Below are positions 29,767 to 39,421 of a stretch of 64,000 nucleotides of DNA, one piece after another (position 1 is the first letter of the stretch; every line of letters starts with the position of its first letter). This stretch comes from an uncultured Bacteroidales bacterium (GTDB lineage Bacteria > Bacteroidota > Bacteroidia > Bacteroidales > UBA932). The stretch lies in assembly GCA_949295645.1 (NCBI GenBank), contig CASFLY010000159.1:494-64493 (forward strand), given 5' to 3'. Both the position numbers and the translations under genes were made by a program. The notes below the pieces were generated by a model. That model was not told where the DNA came from and did not search any database. It saw nothing but the letters and a program-made list of their open reading frames with translations.

Positions 29767-31377
29767 ATGAAACACATTATTCTGTACTGTATGGCCGCAC
29801 TTTCCGCTGCAGTGCCGCTGCGGGCAGGGGAACTGGATTCCTGCCTGAAAGAACTGGACTATTATGTGGAGAACAAGGCTGTCTATGCGGAAAGGCGGGC
29901 GGAAAGGATCGACAGCCTGAAAATGCGGCTGGCATACGCTTCGACTCTCGAAGAGAAAATATCGATAGCGAACCATCTCGACCTGCAGTATATAGTCTAT
30001 CAGACCGATTCGGCCCTCGTGTATGCGAACCTGATGCTGGAATATGCCAAAGAATCCGGCAACAGGGCCCGTATCGTCGAGTCCACCGTCAACGTGGCCC
30101 GTATCCTGGACGTGATGGGCCAGTACCGTGAGGCCCTCAATCTTCTGGATTCCGTAGCGGACGATGTTCCGCAGAATGAGAAAATGTCGTTTGCCTACTG
30201 CCGGCTCACCATATACAATTCGTTGGTAGAATATACCCTGGACCGGTACTCGAAAGAGAAATACGATTCCCTCGCCACGGTCTACCGCGACTCGGTTCTC
30301 AACCACTACAGCCTGACACCGATGAACCGGCTTTTCGTACTGGCCGAGGATATGATCCGGTCGGAAAGGTACGAAGAGGCAAGGCTGATGCTTGAAGAAA
30401 AATACGCTTCCCTGGACCCGAAGGAAAGGGATGCCGGCATCATCGCCTATTCTTTGGGGATAATCTACAGGGAACTCGGGGATGAAGACACTTCCACGCT
30501 TTATTTCATAAGGTCGTCGATAGCCGACATCTGCTCCGGCGTCAAGCAGCACAAGTCGTTGCAGATAGTCAGCGAGACAATGTACGCCAGGCACGACATA
30601 GACCGGGCCTACAGGTATGCGAAATCGGCGATGGAGGACTATATCTACTGCAATGCCAGGCTGCGCACCCTCGAGATGTCGGACATCTTCATCCTTATCG
30701 ACCATGCGTATCAGGAGAAGAAGCACCAGGCTTCGACCATTATGATGACTTTCATCATTACCATTACCTCTTTCATCGTCATTCTCCTTTCCCTTTTGGT
30801 CTATCTGCGCCGTATCAACCGCCGCCTCAAGACCGTGACGAAACGCTATTACGATGCGAATGTGAAAATCCGGTCGGTCAGCGACAGGCTCCGTGACGCC
30901 AATATGATCAAGGAAGAGTATATCAGCCTGTATATGGAGCAGAGTTCCGAGTATCTGGACAAAATGAACCAGATAAAGAACCGGGTGAACAGGAACATAC
31001 GCCGCGGAGTGGAGCCTAAGGCTTTGATTGAAGAACTGGAAAAGACCATGGATATGGAGTCGGAGGTGAAAAATTTCTACCATGCCTTCGACGTGACCAT
31101 CCTGCACATGTTCCCGGATTTCCCCGCCAGGCTCGATGAACTCCTCGTTCCCGAGGCCCGCGGGATCTATTCGCGGACCGAAGACGGCCTGACTCCGGAA
31201 TGCCGTATCTTCGCTCTGATCCGTCTCGGCATTACCGACAGCGCCAAGATAGCCTCGTTCCTGAGATATTCCCTTTCCACCATATACAATTACAGGACGA
31301 AACTCCGGAACAAGGCTCTGGGGAAAAGGGAGGATTTCGAGAAAAACGTCATGAAGATCGGTGCGCTGCAATATTGA
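29767..31377 (+). CDS. SusR-like (DUF6377) membrane-spanning transcriptional regulator
   Basis: Signal peptide, TPR-like periplasmic part, one TM helix, IKEEYI, and C-terminal HTH RIFALIRLGITDSAKIASFLRYSLSTIYNYR. Confidence 0.9.
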   Translation: MKHIILYCMAALSAAVPLRAGELDSCLKELDYYVENKAVYAERRAERIDSLKMRLAYASTLEEKISIANHLDLQYIVYQTDSALVYANLMLEYAKESGNRARIVESTVNVARILDVMGQYREALNLLDSVADDVPQNEKMSFAYCRLTIYNSLVEYTLDRYSKEKYDSLATVYRDSVLNHYSLTPMNRLFVLAEDMIRSERYEEARLMLEEKYASLDPKERDAGIIAYSLGIIYRELGDEDTSTLYFIRSSIADICSGVKQHKSLQIVSETMYARHDIDRAYRYAKSAMEDYIYCNARLRTLEMSDIFILIDHAYQEKKHQASTIMMTFIITITSFIVILLSLLVYLRRINRRLKTVTKRYYDANVKIRSVSDRLRDANMIKEEYISLYMEQSSEYLDKMNQIKNRVNRNIRRGVEPKALIEELEKTMDMESEVKNFYHAFDVTILHMFPDFPARLDELLVPEARGIYSRTEDGLTPECRIFALIRLGITDSAKIASFLRYSLSTIYNYRTKLRNKALGKREDFEKNVMKIGALQY

Positions 31378-31453
31378 TAAAATTTCCTAACTTCGCAGGC
31401 CGGTGTTTCGGAAAGCTTTTGCCCGAAATGAAAATCGCAAAATTCAAAGGATA

Positions 31454-33238
31454 ATGAAAAAGACTGCATATCTTCTGCTGGCCTGCGTTGCGGCCGGCTT
31501 TTTTGCGGCGGAAACCGAAAGCGCCGCCTGTACCAATATTTTAGTGACGAAAGGGGCTTCTGCCGACGGCTCGAATATGATTTCCTATGCGGCCGACTCG
31601 CATACCCTTTTCGGGGAACTTTACTTCCACAGGGCGGCGGACTGGCCGGAAGGTGCCATGCTCGACATAAGCGAATGGGACACGGGGAAGCGGCTCGGGC
31701 AGATCCCTCAGGTCGGGCATACGTACCAGACCGTCGGAAATATGAACGAGCACCAGCTCATCATAGGGGAGACCACATTCGGCGGACGTCCCGAACTTTA
31801 TGACTCTACGGGTATCATGGATTACGGCTCGCTCATCTATGTTGCCCTGCAAAGGGCCAGGACAGCCCGCGAAGCCATCGGAATCATAGCGGAGCTCGCC
31901 GATACCTACGGCTACTGTTCCAGCGGAGAATCCTTTTCCATAGCAGACAAGGATGAAGTCTGGGTAATGGACCTTATCGGGAAAGGCTACAAGGAGGAAA
32001 ACGGGGAAAATGTCCGCAAGGGTATCGTGTACGTGGCCCGCAGGGTGCCCGACGGCTATATCTGCGCCCACGCGAACCAGTCCCGCATCAGCACCTTCCC
32101 CCTCGACGATCCGGAAAACTGCATCTATTCTCCGGATGTCATCTCTTTTGCCCGTGAAATGGGTTACTTCGACGGGGCGGATGAGGATTTTAGCTTCTGT
32201 GACGCCTATAATCCTTTGAATTTCGGAGCTTTGCGCGGTTGTGAGGCCAGGACCTGGTCTGCCTTCAACATCCTTTGCGACGGCCGGTTCACTTTCGAAG
32301 ACGAAGACGGGAATACCGTTACTGAAGATGCGTACTCGTATATAGACTATGCAATGGGCTACGATGCGTCGAAGCGTTTTCCGCTTTTCGTAAAGCCGGC
32401 CCGCAAGCTGACCGTAAAGGACGTGGCCGATGCCATGCGCGACCATTTCGAAGGCACCCCTATGGATATGACGACGGATATCGGGGCCGGCGGAAATGCC
32501 CTGCCGTACCGCTGGAGGCCCATGGAGTTCGAATACGAGGGGGAGACTTACGTGAATGAAAGGGCCATAGCGACCCAGCAGACGGGCTTCTGGTTCGTGG
32601 GACAGTCCCGCGGATGGCTCCCGGACGTGATAGGCGGCCTGCTCTGGTTCGGGACGGACGATGCTGCGACTTCGTACCTCACGCCGATATACACCAGTAC
32701 GTACAGGGTGCCCGAATGTTTTGCGGAAGGGAACGGCGACATGCTGACCTATTCGCCGACTTCGGCTTTCTGGATATGCAACAGGGTCGCAAATGCCTGC
32801 TATAGGATGTATGACGTCATGGCTGCCTTTGTAAGGGAAAGAATCGACAGTTTCGAGAACAGCCAGATGGAAACCGTGCGGATGGTGGACAGCCAGGCTC
32901 TCGACCTTTATGAAAAGGCCCTGGATACGCCTCGCCGACAGATACGGCGCAACGATCAGGCACGCAAGACCGTCGACCCGTATGCGCAGGTAAGGGATTT
33001 CCTGACGGACTACTCCGTGGAGACTGCCCAGGGGATTTTCAGGGAATGGACGGATCTGGAGGTCACTCTCCTGATCAAGTTCATGGACGGGAATGTGAAG
33101 GCGCAGAATCCGGACGGTTCATTCGTCACGAACGGCTACCGTGGCGACATCCCTGACGGGATAACGAATCCCGGCTACACTGAAAAATGGAAGGAAGCAG
33201 TCGTCCGGGATCACGGAGATGTCCTCCGCTGCCGTTGA
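31454..33238 (+). CDS. C69 family dipeptidase
   Basis: Signal peptide then Ntn nucleophile A-CTNILVTKGAS, GNMNEHQL-IGETTFGG and HANQSRI motifs. Confidence 0.9.
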   Translation: MKKTAYLLLACVAAGFFAAETESAACTNILVTKGASADGSNMISYAADSHTLFGELYFHRAADWPEGAMLDISEWDTGKRLGQIPQVGHTYQTVGNMNEHQLIIGETTFGGRPELYDSTGIMDYGSLIYVALQRARTAREAIGIIAELADTYGYCSSGESFSIADKDEVWVMDLIGKGYKEENGENVRKGIVYVARRVPDGYICAHANQSRISTFPLDDPENCIYSPDVISFAREMGYFDGADEDFSFCDAYNPLNFGALRGCEARTWSAFNILCDGRFTFEDEDGNTVTEDAYSYIDYAMGYDASKRFPLFVKPARKLTVKDVADAMRDHFEGTPMDMTTDIGAGGNALPYRWRPMEFEYEGETYVNERAIATQQTGFWFVGQSRGWLPDVIGGLLWFGTDDAATSYLTPIYTSTYRVPECFAEGNGDMLTYSPTSAFWICNRVANACYRMYDVMAAFVRERIDSFENSQMETVRMVDSQALDLYEKALDTPRRQIRRNDQARKTVDPYAQVRDFLTDYSVETAQGIFREWTDLEVTLLIKFMDGNVKAQNPDGSFVTNGYRGDIPDGITNPGYTEKWKEAVVRDHGDVLRCR

Positions 33239-33300
33239 TCCGACTTCCCGGCGCGTGCCCCTACGGATGCCGCTGATATACGCCCCTGATTGACGGAACA

Positions 33301-35100
33301 TTGACTGTAAAGGAAAAAATATCGCTCTTTCCCCATTCTCCCGGTGTCTACAGGTACTATGACGCCGAGGGGAATGTCATCTATGTGGGCAAGGCAAAGG
33401 ATCTGCACAAGAGGGTGGCGCAGTACTTCGTCTCTCCGGAGAGGCTGACGCGCAAGACCGCGGTAATGGTGTCGAAGATCGCCGATGCGCAATACTCCGT
33501 TGTGGATTCCGAGGCCGATGCCCTGCTGCTGGAGAACAATCTCATCAAACAGTACAAGCCCAGGTACAATATCCTGTTGAAGGACTCCAAGACCTATCCC
33601 TGGATATGCGTCAGTGCGGATGAATTTCCGAAAGTCTTCCTGACCCGGCGCTTTGTCAGGGACGGCTCGCGGTACTTCGGCCCGTACAGTTCCGCGATGC
33701 ACGCAAGGAACCTGCTCGGACTTTTTTCGGAACTCTATCCCCTGCGCAGCTGCAAGCTGAAGATAACTGCGGAGGCGGTATTGCGTAAGAAGTTCAGACC
33801 CTGTCTCGATTTCCATATAGGACGGTGCAGGGGGTGTTGTGTCGGAGGCATTTCCGTGAAGGAATACAATGACAACATAGAGGAAATCGTCAGGCTTCTG
33901 AAAGGGGGAGGCCGGGAGATGATCCGGCGTCTGAAAGAGCAGATGGGCGAGGCTGCCGCCGCCCTGGATTTCGAGTCGGCGGAAGAATACCGGAAAAAGG
34001 CTGCCCTTTTGGAAAAACATTACGGGAAATCCCTGATTGTCAATTCTGTAATAGGAAGCGTGGATGTCTTTTCATTAGTTTTCGATGCCAATGAGGCGTT
34101 CGGGAATTTCATGCGGCTGAAAGACGGTGCCGTGGTGCAGTCGCTGAATCTCGGCTTCAAGATGAACATCGAGGAGGAGCAGTCCGCGGTCCTGGGAGTC
34201 TTCATAGGTGAAATACAGTCCAAGTTCGGAGACCTTTCCCCTGAGGTCATAGTTCCCTTCCTGCCGGATGTCGAAATCGGAGGCATAGATTTCAGGATTC
34301 CCGTGAAAGGGGACAAGCTGGCCCTGCTCGAACTGAGTATGAAGAATGCCAAGGAGATGAGATTCAACGCCCTGAAGCAGCAGGAGCATACCGACCCCGA
34401 CGAATTCAGGATGAAAGTGATGTCCGAACTCAGGGATGCCCTCGGGATGAAAGAACTGCCGAGACACATCGAGTGTTTCGACAACTCCAATATCCAGGGC
34501 ACCAATCCTGTGGCCTCGTGCGTGGTTTTCCGGGACGCGGTCCCTTCAAAAAAGGATTACCGGCATTTCAATATAAAGACAGTGGTCGGGCCGAACGACT
34601 ATGCTTCCATGAAGGAGATTGTGAACCGGCGGTACTCCAGGATGTTGAGGGAAGCTCCCGATGACCTGCCCCAGTTGGTCGTCATCGATGGCGGCAAAGG
34701 CCAGCTCGGCAGTGCGTACGAGGCCCTGTATGAACTCGGCATCATTGACAGGCTGACTGTGGTAGGCCTTGCCAAACGGTTCGAGGAGATTATCCGGGTA
34801 GGTGATCCCCATCCGCTTTTTTTGGACAGGAATTCCCAGGCCCTGAAAGTGATGCAGCACATCAGGGACGAGGCGCACCGCTTCGGCATCACCCATCACA
34901 GGAACCGCCGCAGCAAGGCTCAGATAAAATCCGCCCTGCGGGAAATCAAAGGCGTCGGCGAAAAGACCGAACAGCGCCTCATAATGCACTACGGGAGCGT
35001 GGCGCGTATAGCCTCCGCCTCTGTGCAGGATCTTGAAACACTTGTAGGAAAGGAGCTTGCCGGACGTATCCACGATACCCTTACGGAAGGAAAAATATAA
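33301..35100 (+). CDS. uvrC: Excinuclease ABC subunit C (TTG start)
   Basis: GIY-YIG PGVY..IYVGKAK, IECFDNSN, IDGGKGQL, RDEAHRFGI, and HhH GVGEKT. Confidence 0.96.
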   Translation: MTVKEKISLFPHSPGVYRYYDAEGNVIYVGKAKDLHKRVAQYFVSPERLTRKTAVMVSKIADAQYSVVDSEADALLLENNLIKQYKPRYNILLKDSKTYPWICVSADEFPKVFLTRRFVRDGSRYFGPYSSAMHARNLLGLFSELYPLRSCKLKITAEAVLRKKFRPCLDFHIGRCRGCCVGGISVKEYNDNIEEIVRLLKGGGREMIRRLKEQMGEAAAALDFESAEEYRKKAALLEKHYGKSLIVNSVIGSVDVFSLVFDANEAFGNFMRLKDGAVVQSLNLGFKMNIEEEQSAVLGVFIGEIQSKFGDLSPEVIVPFLPDVEIGGIDFRIPVKGDKLALLELSMKNAKEMRFNALKQQEHTDPDEFRMKVMSELRDALGMKELPRHIECFDNSNIQGTNPVASCVVFRDAVPSKKDYRHFNIKTVVGPNDYASMKEIVNRRYSRMLREAPDDLPQLVVIDGGKGQLGSAYEALYELGIIDRLTVVGLAKRFEEIIRVGDPHPLFLDRNSQALKVMQHIRDEAHRFGITHHRNRRSKAQIKSALREIKGVGEKTEQRLIMHYGSVARIASASVQDLETLVGKELAGRIHDTLTEGKI

Positions 35101-35128
35101 AAATTTCTTTTTTTGGGATTTTTTTACT

Positions 35129-35136
35129 TATCTTTG
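35129..35136 (+). promoter_or_regulatory. -7 element (TATCTTTG) for acpP
   Basis: TAnnTTTG with an upstream TTTG -33 candidate. Confidence 0.65.
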
Positions 35137-35200
35137 CGCCGATAATTCGCTGAGCAAGTGTATTCAAACATAAACTATTAATTAATTAAACTTAAAAATT

Positions 35201-35443
35201 ATGTCAGAAGTTGCATCTAAAGTAAAAGCAATTATCGTTGACAAATTGGGCGTTGACGAATCTGAAGTAACAGAGACTGCAAGCTTTACAAATGATCTTG
35301 GCGCAGATTCTCTCGATACGGTCGAACTTATAATGGAGTTTGAAAAGGCTTTCAACATCACTATCCCTGATGAGGATGCCGGCGAGAAGATTTCGACTGT
35401 TCAGGACGCTATCGATTATATCGAAAACAAGCTTAACGCCTAA
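35201..35443 (+). CDS. acpP: Acyl carrier protein
   Basis: [14 protein letters not shown] phosphopantetheine site. Confidence 0.97.
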   Translation: MSEVASKVKAIIVDKLGVDESEVTETASFTNDLGADSLDTVELIMEFEKAFNITIPDEDAGEKISTVQDAIDYIENKLNA

Positions 35444-35463
35444 ACCGTTTGTCAGCAAACAAT

Positions 35464-35497
35464 AAAAGGGGCCGACCGAAAGTCGGGCCCCTTTTTT
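35464..35497. terminator. Bidirectional intrinsic terminator after acpP
   Basis: AAAAGGGGCCGAC-CGAAA-GTCGGGCCCCTTTTTT. Confidence 0.85.
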
Positions 35498-35545
35498 CGT
35501 ATCCATCCGGAGGAGGTTTCTTTTCGTATCGGGACGAGGTTTCCG

Positions 35546-37294
35546 TCATTTGTCCATAGATTTGGAAACGGAGTACGTGATGACGATCCGCGGGAGATTG
35601 CCTTCCGCATCGTCTGCCGAGGCGGCGTCATCTGCCGCGGGCCCTCTGAGCACGCCCCTGTAATAGCGGTCCTTGTCGAGCTGTGTCGAGACTGTCGTAG
35701 TCGTGGTGCTCTGCGAGCTGGCGTACTGCGCTGCGAGCATATAGTTGTAGTAGTTGCTCATCCCGTAATAGCTTCCGTAGTAGCTGCCATAGCCGTAGCC
35801 GTAATAGCCGCCGTATCCGCCATATCCGTACGGGTTGTACAGGCTGTTGTAGTAGTCGTAGTAGGCCAGATTCTGATAATAGTCGCTCAGGCTGCTGTTG
35901 TCCGAAGATTCGGTCTCGACGACTTCATTGGCCATGGCCAGCATCCAGATGTCGTAGTCCTCCGCATCTTCTTCATCCATCCTGGTCAGTATCTCCTGCA
36001 CGTGATGACTGATGTCGGGACAGTAGCAGTTGGTGGATCTGTTTATGTCCCCCTGATTCTCGGTCGAGACGCTCGAATCCGTCAGCCCCGCGAAAGTATA
36101 GTAGGTCTCTCCGGAATCTTCATCGACTGACGAAATCCTGCAGGTCGGGCTGAGCCTGTCCGGATAGAGATACATGCTGTTGTAGCTTGCGGGGTCGTAG
36201 TCGTACGGCAGGATCAGGGTAGCCTTGTGTACGATGACCCCGGCTGGATTTATATTCTCCTCAGTGAACACATCGTACAGCTTTTCCCGGATTTCCATAG
36301 CCGGAATCACGGGCTTTATCCCGCTGCCTCCCTCGATGTAGAGCTTGTCGCTCACGGTCTTGAGCGGGCTTCCGTCGGCATCCGTTTCCGAAGTCGCGAT
36401 GTTCAGGGCGAACTGGGTTGTCTGCGACGGGGTCACGTAAGCGCTTTCGGTGTCTTCATAGACCTGCATTGCCTGCGCCCCGAAGAAAAACAGGAAAGAC
36501 GTATCCACATTTTCCCTGTTGCCGTACCTGGCCCTGAATTTCAGTTCGGCGTAGTTTCCGCCTATATAATAGGAGTCGGTCACGATGATAGGCAGTTCGA
36601 ACAGGTTGATCCTGCCTCCGAAGCCCTCCGGTTCGTCCACATCGATGTAGATTCCATGCAGGAGATCGTGCTCTACATAGTGGCTTACCGAGTCCATCTT
36701 TTCGGCTTCCTGGAGTTCCTTTATGGCTTTGATGCACTCATCGCCGAACCATGGATAGAAGTCGAACGACAGGGAATCCTGCCCGAAATAGCTGACGACA
36801 GGGGCTACTCGTTTCCCCACTTCGATTTTCTCTTTCCCGTCCTGGTCTTTCCCGTTGATGTAGATGACATCTTCTCCTATTTCCGAATCGAGCCTGTAGA
36901 CATTCACTTTCTGGATGATGTTCTCCTGGCTTTTGTCAGGGAAAGAAAGCGTATCCCTTACTATGGTGAAGTGGAATTGGGTGCATTTCGGGTTTTCCCC
37001 GAAATCCATATCCGGATCCACGGGGATGATAGTGAATGCGCTGCTCCTTTTGGCGGTGCCGAACGTCTCGTCCCTGACTGCGCCTATGGTGATTCTCGAG
37101 GAACTGTAGCCGGAAAGCCTGTCCGTATTTTCCAGACGGATCTTGTCCAGGTAAATGGTATCGGTATAGACATCGTACTGATGCCGTGTGGGGATGAATT
37201 CCTTTCCGAGCCCGTTATCTATCTTCACGCAGGAAAGCGTACTGCATATTCCCGCCACAACTCCTGCTGCGAGGTGAATGAATTTCAGCTGCAT
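35546..37294 (-). CDS. DUF4270-like lipoprotein with a Tyr/Gly-rich insertion
   Basis: Lipobox TLSC followed by LGKEFIP, located downstream of the Bacteroidota glycogen-synthase-like gene as is usual for DUF4270. Confidence 0.7.
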   Translation of the reverse strand: MQLKFIHLAAGVVAGICSTLSCVKIDNGLGKEFIPTRHQYDVYTDTIYLDKIRLENTDRLSGYSSSRITIGAVRDETFGTAKRSSAFTIIPVDPDMDFGENPKCTQFHFTIVRDTLSFPDKSQENIIQKVNVYRLDSEIGEDVIYINGKDQDGKEKIEVGKRVAPVVSYFGQDSLSFDFYPWFGDECIKAIKELQEAEKMDSVSHYVEHDLLHGIYIDVDEPEGFGGRINLFELPIIVTDSYYIGGNYAELKFRARYGNRENVDTSFLFFFGAQAMQVYEDTESAYVTPSQTTQFALNIATSETDADGSPLKTVSDKLYIEGGSGIKPVIPAMEIREKLYDVFTEENINPAGVIVHKATLILPYDYDPASYNSMYLYPDRLSPTCRISSVDEDSGETYYTFAGLTDSSVSTENQGDINRSTNCYCPDISHHVQEILTRMDEEDAEDYDIWMLAMANEVVETESSDNSSLSDYYQNLAYYDYYNSLYNPYGYGGYGGYYGYGYGSYYGSYYGMSNYYNYMLAAQYASSQSTTTTTVSTQLDKDRYYRGVLRGPAADDAASADDAEGNLPRIVITYSVSKSMDK

Positions 37295-37298
37295 TTTT

Positions 37299-38117
37299 CT
37301 AAAACCGGTCGTAAAAATTGTTGTATACATCGATATAGCTGCCGTTTTCAATGGTTTCCGCGTCGTACGGAAGTATCGGCAGTCCGGATTTCCCGCAAAA
37401 CTCTGCGAGTCCGCCGTCCAGATGTCCTGTACCCATGATGATGCCGTCGGAGTAGCTGACGGCAAGTTTTGCCAGTCCGATGCCGTCCGATGTGTCCATT
37501 GCGCCGAGGTCTGCATCCGTGATGTCCCCGAAGCGTATTTTTTCCTTCAGGTTTTCCGGGAACGTCTCTTTTGAAATGTCACCGTAAAGGGAAAGGATGA
37601 CCTTGCTGTCTGAAAATATCGGGTCGTCCGAATAGACTTTTTTCAGATACAGCGGAAGTATGTGGGATATCCAGCCCTGACAGTGGACTATGTCGGGAGC
37701 CCACCTGAGCTTTTTTACCGTTTCCAGGACTCCGCGGGCGAAGAATACGGCACGTTCGCCGTTGTCCTCGAAGAATTTCCCGTTTTCATCGGAATAGACC
37801 TGCTTCCTGTGGAAATAGTCTTCGTTGTCGATGAAATAGACCTGCATCCTGGCTGCGGAAATGGAGGCCACCTTGATGACAAGCGGCCTGTCGACATCGT
37901 TTATTATGATGTTCATTCCGGACAGGCGGATGACTTCGTGAAGCTGGTTTTTCCTCTCGTTTATGCAGCCGTAGCGCGGCATGAACGAACGTATCTCCTT
38001 TTTCCGCTCCTGAATGCCCTGCGGCAGATAACGCCCGATTCTCGATATGTCGCTTTCGGGAAGGTATGGAAATATCTCCGAATTGACATAAAGAATTTTT
38101 TTAGCACTATCTCCCAT
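37299..38117 (-). CDS. Glycogen/starch synthase N-terminal (GT5 catalytic) domain protein
   Basis: EIRSFMPRYGCINERKNQLHEVIRLSGMN, VYFIDNEDYF and PDIVHCQGW motifs. Confidence 0.9.
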   Translation of the reverse strand: MGDSAKKILYVNSEIFPYLPESDISRIGRYLPQGIQERKKEIRSFMPRYGCINERKNQLHEVIRLSGMNIIINDVDRPLVIKVASISAARMQVYFIDNEDYFHRKQVYSDENGKFFEDNGERAVFFARGVLETVKKLRWAPDIVHCQGWISHILPLYLKKVYSDDPIFSDSKVILSLYGDISKETFPENLKEKIRFGDITDADLGAMDTSDGIGLAKLAVSYSDGIIMGTGHLDGGLAEFCGKSGLPILPYDAETIENGSYIDVYNNFYDRF

Positions 38118-38148
38118 ATCCTATGGCATATTAAAGACAAAAACTCAA

Positions 38149-38186
38149 CAAATATAATAATTATTTTTGATATTTCACTATCTTTG
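38149..38186. promoter_or_regulatory. Divergent -7 pair (TATATTTG on minus at 38149-38156, TATCTTTG on plus at 38179-38186)
   Basis: Two TAnnTTTG matches between the GT5 gene and ftsX. Confidence 0.6.
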
Positions 38187-38227
38187 CCCAATTGGGTGCC
38201 CCTAAATGTCGGCATCCATAGAATATT

Positions 38228-39106
38228 ATGGCAAAAGAGGAACGCGGAATAATAGGCAGGAGGCTCAGAAGCGCATATCTTTCGACTGTCATCAGCATCA
38301 GTCTCGTGCTTCTGCTGGTCGGCATTGCGAGCCTGCTTTTGGTGAATGCCGGATCCGTCTCGGACTATTTCAAGGAAAACATGCGGATTTCCGTGATGCT
38401 GAAGCAGAACGTGGGGGAAAAGGCTGCCAAAGAGTTTCTGCTCGACCTCGGCTCGGGGCGCTACATCAAGTCCGCCGAATATATTTCCGTGGAGCAGGGA
38501 GAAAGGGAGATGGCGGAGCTGCTCGGAGAGGATTTTCTCGACGTGTTCGAATCGAATCCGATACCCATATCCATAGACGTAACCCTTAAAGCCGACTATG
38601 TGTCGGCTGACAGTCTGGATATGGTGAAAAGGGAGATATCTGCCGACCCTCTGGTCGATGAGGTCGTCTACCAGCCTACTCTTGTCGAGGCGCTGAACGC
38701 CAATCTGAGCCGGATCTCCCTTGTGCTCGGGGTGTTCATCGCCCTGCTGCTGTTCATTTCTTTCGTGCTTATAAACAATACCATACGCCTGAACGTATAT
38801 GCCAAGAGGTTCACCATACATACCATGAAACTCGTAGGGGCGACCCGTGCTTTCATCAGGGCTCCGTTCCTGGTGCAGTCTGCTTTCCAGGGGATATTTT
38901 CGGCCATGATAGCCATACTCGGGCTGATCGGCCTGCTTTTCCTGATGAGGAGCGAGCTGGCGCAGCTGTTCGAGATTTTCAGCCTGGAACTGCTGGTGGT
39001 GACGATGGGGATCGTACTGGTTTCGGGCCTGCTTATCTGCCTGACAAGTACGTATTTCGTGGTGAACAAACTTGTGTCCCTTGACAAGGACGACCTGTAT
39101 TACTGA
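38228..39106 (+). CDS. ftsX: Cell division permease-like protein FtsX
   Basis: STVISISLVLLLVG and LINNTIRL..RFTIHTMKLVGAT..FIRAPF motifs. Confidence 0.92.
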   Translation: MAKEERGIIGRRLRSAYLSTVISISLVLLLVGIASLLLVNAGSVSDYFKENMRISVMLKQNVGEKAAKEFLLDLGSGRYIKSAEYISVEQGEREMAELLGEDFLDVFESNPIPISIDVTLKADYVSADSLDMVKREISADPLVDEVVYQPTLVEALNANLSRISLVLGVFIALLLFISFVLINNTIRLNVYAKRFTIHTMKLVGATRAFIRAPFLVQSAFQGIFSAMIAILGLIGLLFLMRSELAQLFEIFSLELLVVTMGIVLVSGLLICLTSTYFVVNKLVSLDKDDLYY

Positions 39107-39172
39107 TTTTTATGCAGGCGCCCGGGTGACGCCGGGTGTTTTTGCGATGGAAACTGTCGGAAAATATTATCG

Positions 39173-39415
39173 ATGATGGAAAAAATGCCGATAACCCCGA
39201 AAGGCCTCCGGTTCGTACTTGCCGGGGTGATAGTGATGATAGCCGGCTACATTCTGCTTGCCGGCGGAGGAGTCAGGGACCCGGAAACGTTCAACTATGC
39301 CATGTTCGATTTCCGCAGGCTCGTGGCTGCGCCGGTAGTGATTCTTTGCGGCATCACGGTCATCATTGCCGGGATAATGAACCGGGGCAAGGATGTGGAA
39401 TCAGAGAAGGAGTAA
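39173..39415 (+). CDS. DUF3098 small membrane protein
   Basis: Two TM segments, GGG..DPETFN..MFDFRRL-AP, positioned between ftsX and uppP. Confidence 0.85.
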   Translation: MMEKMPITPKGLRFVLAGVIVMIAGYILLAGGGVRDPETFNYAMFDFRRLVAAPVVILCGITVIIAGIMNRGKDVESEKE

Positions 39416-39421
39416 GGGATT

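Noticed and set aside
29653-31371. Long antisense ORFs (also 5622-7196, 27316-28749, 36227-37438, 54215-55690, 59734-60957)
   Set aside because: They are shadows of well-supported genes on the other strand, explained by GC-rich codon bias, and show no recognisable motifs.
12098-31377. PUL1 as an integrative island at tRNA-Leu
   Set aside because: No integrase, transposase or conjugation gene is present, and I found no convincing tRNA 3' direct repeat at the far end.
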